From a virus (Duplodnaviria; Caudoviricetes), in IMG/VR virus record IMGVR_UViG_3300028048_000052, positions 64,001-128,000 of that record: a DNA stretch of 64,000 bases. The stretch is one strand, 5' to 3'. This document shows positions 63,409-64,000 of this stretch, piece by piece. Position 1 is the stretch's first letter; every line of letters begins with the position of its first letter. A program made the position numbers and the translations under genes. Below the pieces are notes generated by a model. That model saw only the letters and a program-made list of their open reading frames with translations, was not told the DNA's origin and did no database searches.

Positions 63409-63924
63409 ATGATTATAAAATGTAAATGTACTGTTTGCGGGAAAGAATTTGACGCATTAAAAAGTACTGCAAAATATTGTAGTAAAGAGTGTATGAATAA
63501 AGCGCGCAGAATTAGGGTGGCAGAAGAAAAAAATAATCCTAAAAAAAGAAATGAAAACGGGATGACAGAAAAAACATGCTTGCTTTGTGGGAAACCGTTT
63601 TCTCCTAAAACCGCTGCGGCGAATAATAGAAGCTGTTGCTATGAATGTATGCCAGATGGAGTTCAATTGAGACGTGGAGATTTTTTAGCAAAAATTAAAA
63701 AAATACGCGGAGGGCAATGTGAGCGATGCGGTTATCATACTTCTATAAAAGCGCTTGAATTTCACCATTTAGATCCAAACAAAAAAGATTTTACTATTAG
63801 TAATGATCATTTTAAATTAGAAGAGGCTTTAGAAGAAAGTAAAAAATGCGTATTGTTATGCGCAAATTGCCATAGAGAACTTCATGATGATGTTTGGAAA
63901 ATTGAAGAATTAGGATATAAATAA
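63409..63924 (+). CDS. HNH endonuclease with Zn-binding N-terminus
   Basis: CERCG...LEFHH...LLCANCHRELH. Confidence 0.85.
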   Translation: MIIKCKCTVCGKEFDALKSTAKYCSKECMNKARRIRVAEEKNNPKKRNENGMTEKTCLLCGKPFSPKTAAANNRSCCYECMPDGVQLRRGDFLAKIKKIRGGQCERCGYHTSIKALEFHHLDPNKKDFTISNDHFKLEEALEESKKCVLLCANCHRELHDDVWKIEELGYK

Positions 63925-63940
63925 GAAAGGGGGCGATATA

Positions 63941-64000
63941 ATGGAACTTACAGTAAAACAACAGGAAGCTCTTACGCTTGCTGTTTCTCGCTATGTCAAT
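63941..64000 (+). CDS. 3'-partial gene, possibly a RecD/Dda-like helicase
   Basis: RBS and MELTVKQQEAL; only 20 codons visible. Confidence 0.35.
   Translation, partial: MELTVKQQEALTLAVSRYVN

Noticed and set aside
189-63666. Minus-strand and alternate-frame ORFs in the track
   Set aside because: They overlap well-supported + strand genes or RNAs and lack recognisable motifs, so I treat them as shadow ORFs.

Overview
A 64 kb, AT-rich segment of a large lytic phage, probably infecting a walled Bacillota host, with every supportable gene on the + strand. The supplied ORF track fragments many genes because TGA is read as Trp here (genetic code 4): in-frame TGAs fall on conserved Trp positions, and every gene I traced ends in TAA or TAG. 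Order of contents: (1) tRNA cluster (Ile-UAU, His, Leu-UAA with a group I intron), tmRNA, a GIY-YIG endonuclease and an SH3-phosphoesterase fusion; (2) a separately promoted tRNA-Trp(CCA) with a 4-bp anticodon stem; (3) a modular fibre/decoration cluster; (4) a five-gene cassette containing a group I intron; (5) a modification island with a radical SAM-GT2 fusion, a U32-like protein, an N-F-S/T repeat protein, two radical SAM/SPASM-type enzymes, a GT8 and a transporter; (6) sigma factor, RNA ligase and lysis genes; (7) metabolism and replication genes (fhs, RNase H, gyrase, a split NAD-dependent ligase, intron-split ThyX-like gene, SSB, Sak4, DnaB, primase, RecJ) with several homing endonucleases. 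The best candidates for new biology are a UGA read-through switch, with TGA concentrated in structural, lysis and endonuclease genes and a short-stem tRNA-Trp as possible decoder, and the radical SAM/glycosyltransferase island around a repeat substrate. All assignments come from manual reading and motif recognition; no searches were run.
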